A DNA stretch of 56,798 nucleotides from Candidatus Omnitrophota bacterium (GTDB lineage: Bacteria > Omnitrophota > Gorgyraeia > 2-01-FULL-45-10). Under the pieces are notes generated by a model that saw nothing but the letters and a program-made list of their open reading frames with translations, was not told the origin of the DNA and ran no database searches. The position numbers and the translations under genes are program-made. The stretch is taken from positions 1-56,798 of the forward strand of contig JBAYMS010000006.1 of NCBI GenBank assembly GCA_041663425.1, written 5' to 3'. Shown here one piece after another: positions 27,043 to 35,307 of the stretch (positions within the stretch are counted from its first letter, which is position 1; every line of letters begins with the position of its first letter).

Positions 27043-29452
27043 TATCATCGTTTGCTGTCTGTTATTTGTTAAGATGAGCGGCACAGCTGCTTTTGAGAAG
27101 GCCGGAGTTCTAATGGATAAAGTAGCTCGGCGCAGCGGCACGATCCAGAAAATAAACAGCAGTGTTGAAAAAATAACGCATGCATTTGATGAGAAACCAG
27201 TGGCAGTTAATATCGATTTGGATGCGGCAAAAGATGGCCCTATCTATGGGGATCCTGAAGGCCTGTCCCGGGTTGAGAGGCTTGAAAAAAAACTTGCCAA
27301 TATGAAAATAAGAGAAGACCATCCTCGGATTTTCATTACGCCCGAAGACGTGGAAAAGTATAGGGAGCGGCTGAAAGATAAAAGATTCCGGCTGAATGCT
27401 TTTGAAGATGTCTTGGGGTTGGCCGAGAAGGGCGAGATAGTAAATCTGGCATTTGTGTATTTGATGCTTGAGAAAGACAATCCGGATGCTGCTGGCAGAT
27501 GCGCGCGTCAAGTTATTCAAATGCTCATGGAAAAAGATCCTCTCGCGGGAGATTCGCGTTTCATAGCGCAGGAAGTTGGCAAAATGGCTCTTGCTTTTGA
27601 CTGGGTATATAATGCTATGAGTGATGATCAGCGCAAATATGTTGTCAAAAAACTCTCTAAAGCAGCAGGTATTAAAAAACGAGCGGATGCTATCAGGGGC
27701 GGTCTTAAAGAGTCTGGCGAAACTTTTCATCGTGAGGAGTGGATGTTTGATTCATATCGTGTCTGGCCGGAGATAGCATTGGCTCATCATGATCCAGACG
27801 CTGAATTTATATACAAGGCCAGATGGAATTATGATTGGTATTGGGGCGACGCAGCCAGAATGTATGCATACGCAGCTGATGGAACGCCTTTTGAAGGTTA
27901 TTATAACGGTGCGGATGGCGTAGACTGGTTCCTGGCTTTAAGGTCCGCCACTGGCATAAATCTGATAGATGGTGAGTTTGGCTGGTGTAAAAATGCTGCA
28001 AATTATATTCTGTACCGTATTGATTTCGACAGGGGCAGAGAAATATTTCATCATGGTGTGTGTTATGCCGCAGCGGGTTGTGTTTCCTATAAAAATACCC
28101 CATTAGCGTGGAAAGTGAAGGCATTCTTTGGCAGGACGCTGCCGCTTGCTCAGGATAATCCTTATATTAGATGGCTTGTAGAACGTGAATTCAATGTGTC
28201 CAGCTGGATGCTTACCATGGCAGGCTATGGCGAGATAAGTGAATTACGTCCAATAGCAAAATTTCTTTTTTATGATTTAGGTGAGAATCAAAAAGATGCT
28301 GCGGCGGCTCCTGAGAAGCTTCCTCTGGGAATATTATTCCCAGGCGGAAATGAGGCTTATATGAGAACTGGCTGGGCCGGTAAGCCTGTTTGTGTTGGTT
28401 TCCGATCTTCGCCTGCGTATACAAAGACAAGTCACGGGGATTTCGATATAAATACCTTCGTTATATATAAGGACGGTGTCTTGTCTACAGATTCAGGAGT
28501 ATATGATGGATATGGCGGGCAGCAAAATTATTTTTCTTACCAAAAAACCACAGTAGCACACAATGATCTGCTTGTCTTGGATCCATCCATGAAGGATGGG
28601 CCTAGAAAATTCGGCAGATCTGATCCTGGAGGAATTGATGAAGTATTCACCAGGGCTTTCGGCGCTCCGACCAAATTTGGACAAACTGACACATTCCTGC
28701 ACAATCCTTATGCCGACTGGTCGGATTTGGCGGCATTTAAAACTACCCCATACTATGATTATGTTGTAGGCGATGCTCATAAGGCCTACCGCGATAGGCT
28801 CGATAAATATTATCGGACGCTTGTATTTGTAAGAAAAGAGAATAAGGCATATCTTGTGATATATGATAAAGTAAAACTGAAGAAACAAAATTTTCAGATG
28901 AAGTGGCTGATGCATTTTGTTTCAGAGCCTAAGATTTCAGGACAAAAAATTAAAGAAGAAGTGCCCGGCCATATAGAATGGTATAGAGGAAATTTCCTTA
29001 AAGCGAAAAATGTTTTTAATACTTCAGAGCTATTTTTAAAAGTGCTGAAGGCTGACGATTTCCTTATCCGAAAGATAGGTGGTAGCGGATATGAATACTG
29101 GGTTGATGGATCTAAACCGAGAAATATTCCTGTGCCTGCCAAAGAATTAACGCGGGTCGAGGAACAAATTGGCGGTAAATGGCAGGAATCCGGCACCTGG
29201 CGTATTGAACTTGTTCCGCAGGATAAGAAACTGGAGCGCGATCTTATAAATGTTATTTATATTGGCGACGCTGACGAACCCTTTAATCCTGACAATGTAG
29301 TTCTTAGGGAGGACGCTTCGAGTTATACTATAGAGATAACAGATGTGGCTGTTCCTACCAACATCACTTTCCTGAAAGGGGAAGAGCCTATGGGCAGTAT
29401 TGTGATCAAGGATAAAATTAGTGAAAATTTCCCAGAAATAAAAAAGAGGTAG
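27008..29452 (+). CDS. Membrane-anchored heparinase II/III-like polysaccharide lyase
   Basis: N-terminal TM helix (LLIIIISIIVCCLLFV), alpha/alpha-toroid-like N-domain, and a heparinase II/III-like signature HGDFDINTFVIYKDGVLSTDSGVYD...TVAHNDLLV. GTG 27008 follows GAGAAGAGG; the ORF track starts at 26960. Confidence 0.7.
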   Translation: MKYRKLLIIIISIIVCCLLFVKMSGTAAFEKAGVLMDKVARRSGTIQKINSSVEKITHAFDEKPVAVNIDLDAAKDGPIYGDPEGLSRVERLEKKLANMKIREDHPRIFITPEDVEKYRERLKDKRFRLNAFEDVLGLAEKGEIVNLAFVYLMLEKDNPDAAGRCARQVIQMLMEKDPLAGDSRFIAQEVGKMALAFDWVYNAMSDDQRKYVVKKLSKAAGIKKRADAIRGGLKESGETFHREEWMFDSYRVWPEIALAHHDPDAEFIYKARWNYDWYWGDAARMYAYAADGTPFEGYYNGADGVDWFLALRSATGINLIDGEFGWCKNAANYILYRIDFDRGREIFHHGVCYAAAGCVSYKNTPLAWKVKAFFGRTLPLAQDNPYIRWLVEREFNVSSWMLTMAGYGEISELRPIAKFLFYDLGENQKDAAAAPEKLPLGILFPGGNEAYMRTGWAGKPVCVGFRSSPAYTKTSHGDFDINTFVIYKDGVLSTDSGVYDGYGGQQNYFSYQKTTVAHNDLLVLDPSMKDGPRKFGRSDPGGIDEVFTRAFGAPTKFGQTDTFLHNPYADWSDLAAFKTTPYYDYVVGDAHKAYRDRLDKYYRTLVFVRKENKAYLVIYDKVKLKKQNFQMKWLMHFVSEPKISGQKIKEEVPGHIEWYRGNFLKAKNVFNTSELFLKVLKADDFLIRKIGGSGYEYWVDGSKPRNIPVPAKELTRVEEQIGGKWQESGTWRIELVPQDKKLERDLINVIYIGDADEPFNPDNVVLREDASSYTIEITDVAVPTNITFLKGEEPMGSIVIKDKISENFPEIKKR

Positions 29453-29455
29453 GGT

Positions 29456-30250
29456 ATGAGTCTATTACGAAAGATCGGACAGCTGTTCGGCAGATTCACC
29501 ACGCATGACGGCCTGATAGTGCTGATGTATCATCGTGTGAATAGTAAATTACCTAAAGGTCCGCTGGTAGTCACTCCTAAAGAGTTTGCGTCTCAGATGC
29601 TTTTCTTAAGCATCTATAGGAACAAATTTCAGGTTGTGGGTATAGATGAAGCGCTGCGTTTTCTTCGCGGCGAAGTTAAACAGGATAAGTCTGCAAAGAC
29701 AAAGATCCTGATAACGTTTGACGATGGATACAGGGATAATTATATTAACGCTCTTCCGACATTGACTAGGCATCGTTTTCCGGCCATCGTATTTCTGACA
29801 ACGGACTATATAAATACCGATAATAAGAGGCCGCGGTATGCTAAAGTTCCATGGAAAAGAGATTATCTGAATATGACAGAGATAAGAGATATGATAGGGA
29901 AAGGTATTGCGTTCGGCGCGCATACCAGGACCCATCCGCATCTGGACCAGATAAGTTCAGAGGATGCCAAGAATGAAATAATCGGCTCGCGTGATGCTTT
30001 AAAGAATATTTTTGGCAGTAAGGATATTGCCTTCTGCTATCCATACGGTCATTATAATGAACAGGTAAAAAATATTGTAAGGGAAACCGGGCTGTCCTGT
30101 GCTTTTTCAGTTAATCCTGGTATCAACTACAGGGGGCAGGACTTGTTCGAGATAAAGCGCATAGGGGTTTTGGGTGAAGATAATTTTTCATCATTCAAAT
30201 TTAAATTAACGGATAAATATGAGAATACTAGCGTATCACTCAATAAATAA
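29456..30250 (+). CDS. Polysaccharide deacetylase (CE4 / NodB homology domain)
   Basis: ILITFDDGYRDNY, FGAHTRTHPHL and CYPYGHYN motifs. Confidence 0.9.
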   Translation: MSLLRKIGQLFGRFTTHDGLIVLMYHRVNSKLPKGPLVVTPKEFASQMLFLSIYRNKFQVVGIDEALRFLRGEVKQDKSAKTKILITFDDGYRDNYINALPTLTRHRFPAIVFLTTDYINTDNKRPRYAKVPWKRDYLNMTEIRDMIGKGIAFGAHTRTHPHLDQISSEDAKNEIIGSRDALKNIFGSKDIAFCYPYGHYNEQVKNIVRETGLSCAFSVNPGINYRGQDLFEIKRIGVLGEDNFSSFKFKLTDKYENTSVSLNK

Positions 30251-30899
30251 TAGCGTCCGGGAGGCCGGCGCACAGCTGTATTGCGTATCTGAAGATGCTT
30301 TCAGAGGGCAGCTGGAATATTTGCGCGGTAAAGATGTCGTTATTACTTTTGACGACGGCGACATTACCAGCTATACTAAAGCGTATCCTATCTTAAAGGA
30401 ATTCAATGTGCTGGCATATTTCTTTATAATAGGTGAATGGGTGGGTGCACCCGGATACATGAATTGGGATCAGATAAGCGAACTCAAACACGGCGGTATG
30501 ATCATAGGGTCGCACGGGATGTCTCATCGTGTGCTTACTACGCTGAATGATGAAGATCTTGGATATGAATTTGGCAGTTCGAAGAAACTTCTTGAAGACA
30601 AACTGAAAACGCCTATAGAAACTATCTCTATACCGCGCGGCCTGTGCAATAAAAAGGTTATTAATAAGATCAGGGAATATGGTTATGTTAAAGTATTTAC
30701 TTCGGATCCTGATGACTCCGGAGATTTTTTGTGCGGCCGGATAGCCGTCCGGGCAGATTGGGACATGAAACATTTTATGCATGCTGTAGATAATGGGCCA
30801 TCTCTTAAAGATAAGACTATGTCCTTTATAAAAAAGTCATCCAGAGCAATCCTCGGTGACAAGGGCTATGATCTATTGAGATCGAGGATACTTAAATGA
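30219..30899 (+). CDS. Polysaccharide deacetylase (CE4), second copy
   Basis: VVITFDDGDITSY and IGSHGMSHRVL motifs. Overlaps the upstream gene by 32 nt. Confidence 0.85.
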   Translation: MRILAYHSINNSVREAGAQLYCVSEDAFRGQLEYLRGKDVVITFDDGDITSYTKAYPILKEFNVLAYFFIIGEWVGAPGYMNWDQISELKHGGMIIGSHGMSHRVLTTLNDEDLGYEFGSSKKLLEDKLKTPIETISIPRGLCNKKVINKIREYGYVKVFTSDPDDSGDFLCGRIAVRADWDMKHFMHAVDNGPSLKDKTMSFIKKSSRAILGDKGYDLLRSRILK

Positions 30900-32044
30900 C
30901 TTTTATATTCTGGATATCAGCTGTAGCTTTATTTTATACGTATCTGGGATACCCTTTATTTTTAGCGCTGCATGCAAAGCTTTCCGCAGATAAAGTGAAA
31001 AAAGATATGGCGCACAAACCGAATATCTCCGTAATAATTTCCGCATACAATGAAGAGGATCATATAGAGCAGAAGATAGAGAATCTGCTGCGGTCTGACT
31101 ATCCTCCGGAAAAATTTGAAATCCTGGTAGGATCTGACGGCTCGAACGATAAGACGGCTGAGATATTGTCGCATCTTTCAAAAAATAAGGTTAAGGTATT
31201 TGTATTTCCTGATAGAAGGGGGAAGCCCAGCGTTCTCAATGACCTGGTCGGGAAAGCTGGCGGCGATGTCCTTGTATTCTGTGATGCCCGCCAGTTATTT
31301 GATAAAAATGCTATATCCCAACTGGCCGCGAATTTTGCTGACGATAAAGTCGGGTGCGTCAGCGGAGAACTGGTATTTGAAAAAAGCGATTCAGATAACG
31401 GTGTTTCGGAGGGGGTAGGTTTTTACTGGAATTATGAAAAGATGATGAGAAAGAGCGAAAGTGCCGTGCATTCAATGATAGGCGCTACCGGTGCTATTTA
31501 TGCTATAAGAAGAAAACTATATACACCGCTCCCCAAAGACACGATCCTGGATGATGTGGCTACACCTTTGGCGATAGTCAGGCAAGGTTATCGCTCTGTA
31601 TGGGACGAAGAGGCCAGAGCTTATGATAAGCCTGCATTTACACCCGAAGAAGAATACAGGAGAAAGGTGAGGACTCTGGCTGGCAATTATCAGGCTTTTT
31701 CATTATTCAGGGATCTGCTCGTGCCCTGCAAAAGTCCGGTAGCTATATATTTTATATCTCATAAATTATTACGAGTGCTTGCGCCATTTTTTATGATATC
31801 GTTGTTTGTGAGCAATCTTTTTATATCGGGTCAATATCCTTACTCATTCTTTTTTATATGTCAGATAATATTTTATGTGCTTGCCATTTTGGGCAGCTTC
31901 ACTTATGAAACCAAAAGAAAACGTCTTATTGCAAAGATAGCGTCTACGGCTTACATGTTCTGTCTTTTAAATTTTACGGCCATAGCCGGCCTCCACAGAT
32001 TTATTACCGGAAAACAGAATATAGCATGGGAGAAATCAAAGTGA
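30896..32044 (+). CDS. Integral-membrane family 2 glycosyltransferase (synthase-like)
   Basis: N-terminal TM helix, GT-A core (ISVIISAYNEE...GSDGSNDKT...FCDARQ...GATGAIYAIRR) and 3-4 C-terminal TM helices. ATGA overlap with the upstream gene. Confidence 0.85.
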   Translation: MTFIFWISAVALFYTYLGYPLFLALHAKLSADKVKKDMAHKPNISVIISAYNEEDHIEQKIENLLRSDYPPEKFEILVGSDGSNDKTAEILSHLSKNKVKVFVFPDRRGKPSVLNDLVGKAGGDVLVFCDARQLFDKNAISQLAANFADDKVGCVSGELVFEKSDSDNGVSEGVGFYWNYEKMMRKSESAVHSMIGATGAIYAIRRKLYTPLPKDTILDDVATPLAIVRQGYRSVWDEEARAYDKPAFTPEEEYRRKVRTLAGNYQAFSLFRDLLVPCKSPVAIYFISHKLLRVLAPFFMISLFVSNLFISGQYPYSFFFICQIIFYVLAILGSFTYETKRKRLIAKIASTAYMFCLLNFTAIAGLHRFITGKQNIAWEKSK

Positions 32045-32874
32045 ATATAAAAAGAATGATACAGATTGCGTCTTGTTCGGTGCTTTTGGTGATCGCATAC
32101 ATTCCCACCATACTATGGATGGCTGACAGATGGTTCGCGAAGGAATCATATTACGGCCACGGTATCCTGATCCCTATAGTCTCTTTGGTGATAGTGTGGC
32201 AGAGGTGGGAGATGCTCAAAAAAATAAAGCAGGTAAGCGCGATGTCAGGTCTATGGATAGTCGCCGCATGCTTAGTGATCAACATAGTATGTGCGTCGCT
32301 CAAGATCTATTTTGTTTCAGGCTTCTCTCTCGTAATCGCTATCTACGGAATGATACTATTCTTCTTTGGCAAGGAGATGGTGCGCAATCTGACTTTCCCG
32401 ATATTTTTTCTTCTTGCGATGATACCGCTTCCGCTGGTTATCATAGGCAATCTGACCGTAAAACTTAAGCTATTCGCGGCTCAGGCTGCTACTTTTGTGC
32501 TTAATAAAGTAGGCTTTCCCTGTGTTAGAGACGGTAGTGTTATAGTGATGCCGCATTCACACACGATAGTGGAAGCGCCCTGCAGCGGGCTGCGTTCGCT
32601 GATATCTCTACTGACGCTCGGACTGTTATTTTCTTATATAGTGAAAACAACTTTTGTTAAAAAAGCAGTCATATTCGTATCTTCGGCCCCAATTGCTATA
32701 GTGTCAAATATTGTAAGGATAGTTCTGCTGGCCGCTGTGAATGACCTGTATGGCGAAAAGGTTGCGATGGGGTTTTTCCATGACTTCACCGGGTTCTTAG
32801 TTTTTGCGATAGCTTTTGCCGGATTGTATACTGTATCAAATCTTCTGGAGCCTAAAAAGAATGCCTATCAATAA
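32026..32874 (+). CDS. Exosortase (EpsH/Xrt family transpeptidase)
   Basis: 282 aa, polytopic. The conserved Cys (EAPCSGLRSLISLL), Asn/Arg (SNIVRIVLLA) and His (FFHDFTGF) motifs are all present. Confidence 0.92.
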   Translation: MGEIKVNIKRMIQIASCSVLLVIAYIPTILWMADRWFAKESYYGHGILIPIVSLVIVWQRWEMLKKIKQVSAMSGLWIVAACLVINIVCASLKIYFVSGFSLVIAIYGMILFFFGKEMVRNLTFPIFFLLAMIPLPLVIIGNLTVKLKLFAAQAATFVLNKVGFPCVRDGSVIVMPHSHTIVEAPCSGLRSLISLLTLGLLFSYIVKTTFVKKAVIFVSSAPIAIVSNIVRIVLLAAVNDLYGEKVAMGFFHDFTGFLVFAIAFAGLYTVSNLLEPKKNAYQ

Positions 32875-33496
32875 AAATACAATCGGATTTTCGGCGATCG
32901 TTATATTGTTGGCCGTAACGAGTTTTTTCTCGCTTAATCTTTATCTGCGTGAAAAGGTTGCGCATGATAAACTGAATATCTCTGCCTTTCCGCAGAACGT
33001 GCTTGGCTGGCAGGGGAGAGACCTTCTCATAACTGAGAAAGAATACTCTATCCTGGAAACCAGAAACCTGATATCGCGTGAGTATAAAAATGCGGCTGGC
33101 GAAAGATTGTTTTTGTTCATAATCTATTCCGAGACCAATAGAGCCGTATTTCATCCGCCCGAAGTATGCCTTATTGGAAGCGGTATAGAGATAGTGGATA
33201 AAAAAACAGAAAAAGTAAAAGTTAACAAACAGACTTTTGCTGTTAATAAATTATATATTGAAAAGAAAAACTCTCTTAAAGAATTGGTCCTCTACTGCTA
33301 CAGGGCAGGGGGGATGTATACCGATAATTTTTTTCTTCAACAGGCTTATCTTGCGCTTCACCAGATATTTGGTAAACAAATTCCCGGAGCGACTATACGC
33401 GTATCTATGTCTTTAAAAGGCAGCGAAGAGGCTACTCTGCCTAGCGTAGAAGAATTTCTCTCCGAGACCATCATCATATTAAATAAGCTCTCTTAG
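32861..33496 (+). CDS. EpsI-family exosortase-associated protein
   Basis: N-terminal anchor plus the FHPPEVCLIGSG motif typical of EpsI. ATG 32861 overlaps the exosortase stop by 14 nt; the ORF track starts at 32816. Confidence 0.8.
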   Translation: MPINKNTIGFSAIVILLAVTSFFSLNLYLREKVAHDKLNISAFPQNVLGWQGRDLLITEKEYSILETRNLISREYKNAAGERLFLFIIYSETNRAVFHPPEVCLIGSGIEIVDKKTEKVKVNKQTFAVNKLYIEKKNSLKELVLYCYRAGGMYTDNFFLQQAYLALHQIFGKQIPGATIRVSMSLKGSEEATLPSVEEFLSETIIILNKLS

Positions 33497-33560
33497 ACTG
33501 TCCGCTAACCTCAACACCTATCTTAAGTAATGTCCACTTTTCTCCAATCGACTATCAATG

Positions 33561-33590
33561 ACTGTCATAGTTTGTCATAGATGAACATAG
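33561..33590 (+). repeat. Three tandem 10-bp repeats (actgtcatag / tttgtcatag / atgaacatag)
   Basis: Helical-phase (10 bp) repeats of a TGTCATAG-like core, 89-118 bp upstream of the second sigma-54 promoter. Confidence 0.6.
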
Positions 33591-33678
33591 TCTACAACAA
33601 ATATTATTTCATAACTCCTTTATTATCATACAGTTATAATCTGTATTTTTAGCATTAAAATTTCTGCAAATACCCGTT

Positions 33679-33694
33679 TGGCACGCTTATTGCT
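33679..33694 (+). promoter_or_regulatory. Sigma-54 promoter (-24/-12): TGGCAC-gctta-TTGCT
   Basis: Exact TGGCAC-N5-TTGC match. It shares the extended TTGCTTAT with the promoter at 8413. Predicted TSS near 33705, 3 nt before ATG 33708. Confidence 0.8.
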
Positions 33695-33707
33695 TATCTA
33701 AGTAGTA

Positions 33708-34565
33708 ATGAAAAATTTTATAGACACACTAAAACTTATCGTAAAGCAAATACGGAAAGACTTTGATGTCTACATGGTTATTCGTAGATACAATAAGTCT
33801 CCGCGCAACACTCATTACATGATGGTTTTTGCTTTTGTTGTCCTATCGTTATTTTCACTAGTGAGTATTTGCTATGCGCAAGCACAGGGGAAAATCCCAT
33901 TCGTTGTGCCGGAGCCTACCACTACAGTGATTGTATCTACCGGTATTGTAGGTTGGATAGTCCGATTTGCACGTAAACGGTTCCAGGAATTTAAAAGAGT
34001 TCTGGATATAATAGTTGCTTCTTTAGGCGTAGTAATGCTGTCGCCGGTTATCGGGTTTACAGCTCTTTTTATTAAGCTCGTATCTCCTGGTCCGGCATTT
34101 TTTAAGCAGGAGAGAGTAGGATTGGAAGGTAGGTTGTTCTATATATATAAACTTCGCACTATGAGGATAGATGCGGAAAAAGATACGGGCCCTATGTGGG
34201 CACGTGAGAATGACCCCAGGCTCATAAAATATGGCAGTGTTATACGTAAGCTGCATCTTGACGAATTGCCGCAGCTATACAATGTTGTCAGGGGCGATAT
34301 GAGCATAGTAGGTCCAAGACCGGAAAGGCCTGTGTTTGTTGAAAAGCTTTGCGAAGAGATACTTGACTATAAAAAACGTATTCAGGTAAGGCCAGGCATA
34401 ACCGGCCTTGCTCAGGTTCGTCATAAATACGATGAGACGATAGCCGATGTAAGAAAAAAAGTTAAATATGACCTTCTCTATATAAGAGAGATGTGTTTTT
34501 TGGTTGACCTAAGAATACTTGCGCGGACAGTGATAGTATCAGCGAGAGGAAAAGGGGCGCACTAA
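33708..34565 (+). CDS. Priming sugar transferase (bacterial sugar transferase / WbaP-PglC family) with an unusual N-terminal extension
   Basis: Catalytic domain from about aa 93 (KRVLDIIVASLGVVMLSPV...SPGPAFFKQERVG...IYKLRTM...DELPQLYNVVRGDMSIVGPRPE). aa 38-91 carry a signal-peptide-like helix followed by a VPEP-TM-RKR motif. Confidence 0.88.
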   Translation: MKNFIDTLKLIVKQIRKDFDVYMVIRRYNKSPRNTHYMMVFAFVVLSLFSLVSICYAQAQGKIPFVVPEPTTTVIVSTGIVGWIVRFARKRFQEFKRVLDIIVASLGVVMLSPVIGFTALFIKLVSPGPAFFKQERVGLEGRLFYIYKLRTMRIDAEKDTGPMWARENDPRLIKYGSVIRKLHLDELPQLYNVVRGDMSIVGPRPERPVFVEKLCEEILDYKKRIQVRPGITGLAQVRHKYDETIADVRKKVKYDLLYIREMCFLVDLRILARTVIVSARGKGAH

Positions 34566-34566
34566 A

Positions 34567-35307
34567 ATGAAAAAAAATTTGCTTGCGGCAGTTTGCTTTA
34601 TTATTCTTGCAGTGTTCGCAGTTTTTAGTCCAGCGAATGCTCTTGCGGCACTAACCGTAAACGGATATCTGGACGACTGGGATGTTACGCCCGGTGCGTA
34701 TGGAGCTTCTGACTGGAATCCTTCCCCTGGCGTACAATATGCGGTAGAAGATCAATATAAAGATTATCTTGTCCCAGGATACGGCGGCCAGAAATTTGAT
34801 GCTGAAGCCATATATTTTCAGAGAAGTGGAGGCAAGGTATATATTGCGATAGTTACAGGGCATCCTTCCACCGGTTGGGCAAGTGAGACGCCGGGTGATA
34901 TATATTTCAAACTGGCAGATGGGACGGTGTATGGCCTTAAGACAACCGGAGTTGATGCCGGAATGTTTTATATGAACCCTTCATGGAACAAGACTCCTTT
35001 GTGGGGAGGGACTATCATGACAACTATGATAGATGGCACGGGGACAGAGATCGGATTGACCGATTTTATATACGAGCATACCTATTACGGCACCGGATTA
35101 GCAAACGATCACTGGGTCATGGAAATAGCTATACCAGAATGGTATTTTGGGGATGCTGCTAATGGGGAGGGCGCTATACGCTGGACGGAAACGTGTGGAA
35201 ACGATTATATAGACCTGGCAGTTACACATACACCGGAACCGGCGACCATGTCGCTTTTAGGTTTAGGTTTGTTCGGACTTCTTGGTTTGAAACGCAGGAG
35301 TAAATAA
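34567..35307 (+). CDS. PEP-CTERM sorting-domain protein 1
   Basis: Signal peptide and C-terminal TPEPATMSLLGLGLFGLLGLKRRSK (35230-35304). N-terminal VNGYLDDWD pattern. Confidence 0.92.
   Translation: MKKNLLAAVCFIILAVFAVFSPANALAALTVNGYLDDWDVTPGAYGASDWNPSPGVQYAVEDQYKDYLVPGYGGQKFDAEAIYFQRSGGKVYIAIVTGHPSTGWASETPGDIYFKLADGTVYGLKTTGVDAGMFYMNPSWNKTPLWGGTIMTTMIDGTGTEIGLTDFIYEHTYYGTGLANDHWVMEIAIPEWYFGDAANGEGAIRWTETCGNDYIDLAVTHTPEPATMSLLGLGLFGLLGLKRRSK

Noticed and set aside
27110-27730. Long antisense or alternate-frame ORFs inside confident genes. Examples: 27110-27730(-), 5411-5947(-), 10921-11346(-), 11210-11740(-), 24757-25224(-), 28493-28915(-), 32130-32468(+), 48753-49432(+), 51607-52020(+).
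   Set aside because: Each lies wholly within a CDS that has strong family motifs on the other strand or frame. Their translations are low-complexity or Ser/Arg/Phe-rich with no recognisable domains and no RBS. They are typical shadow ORFs.
33551-33564. Possible IHF site (TATCAATGACTGT against WATCAANNNNTTR) upstream of the second sigma-54 promoter.
   Set aside because: The 3-prime TTR element is mismatched (TGT), and AT-rich DNA gives many near-matches. It is not strong enough to annotate.
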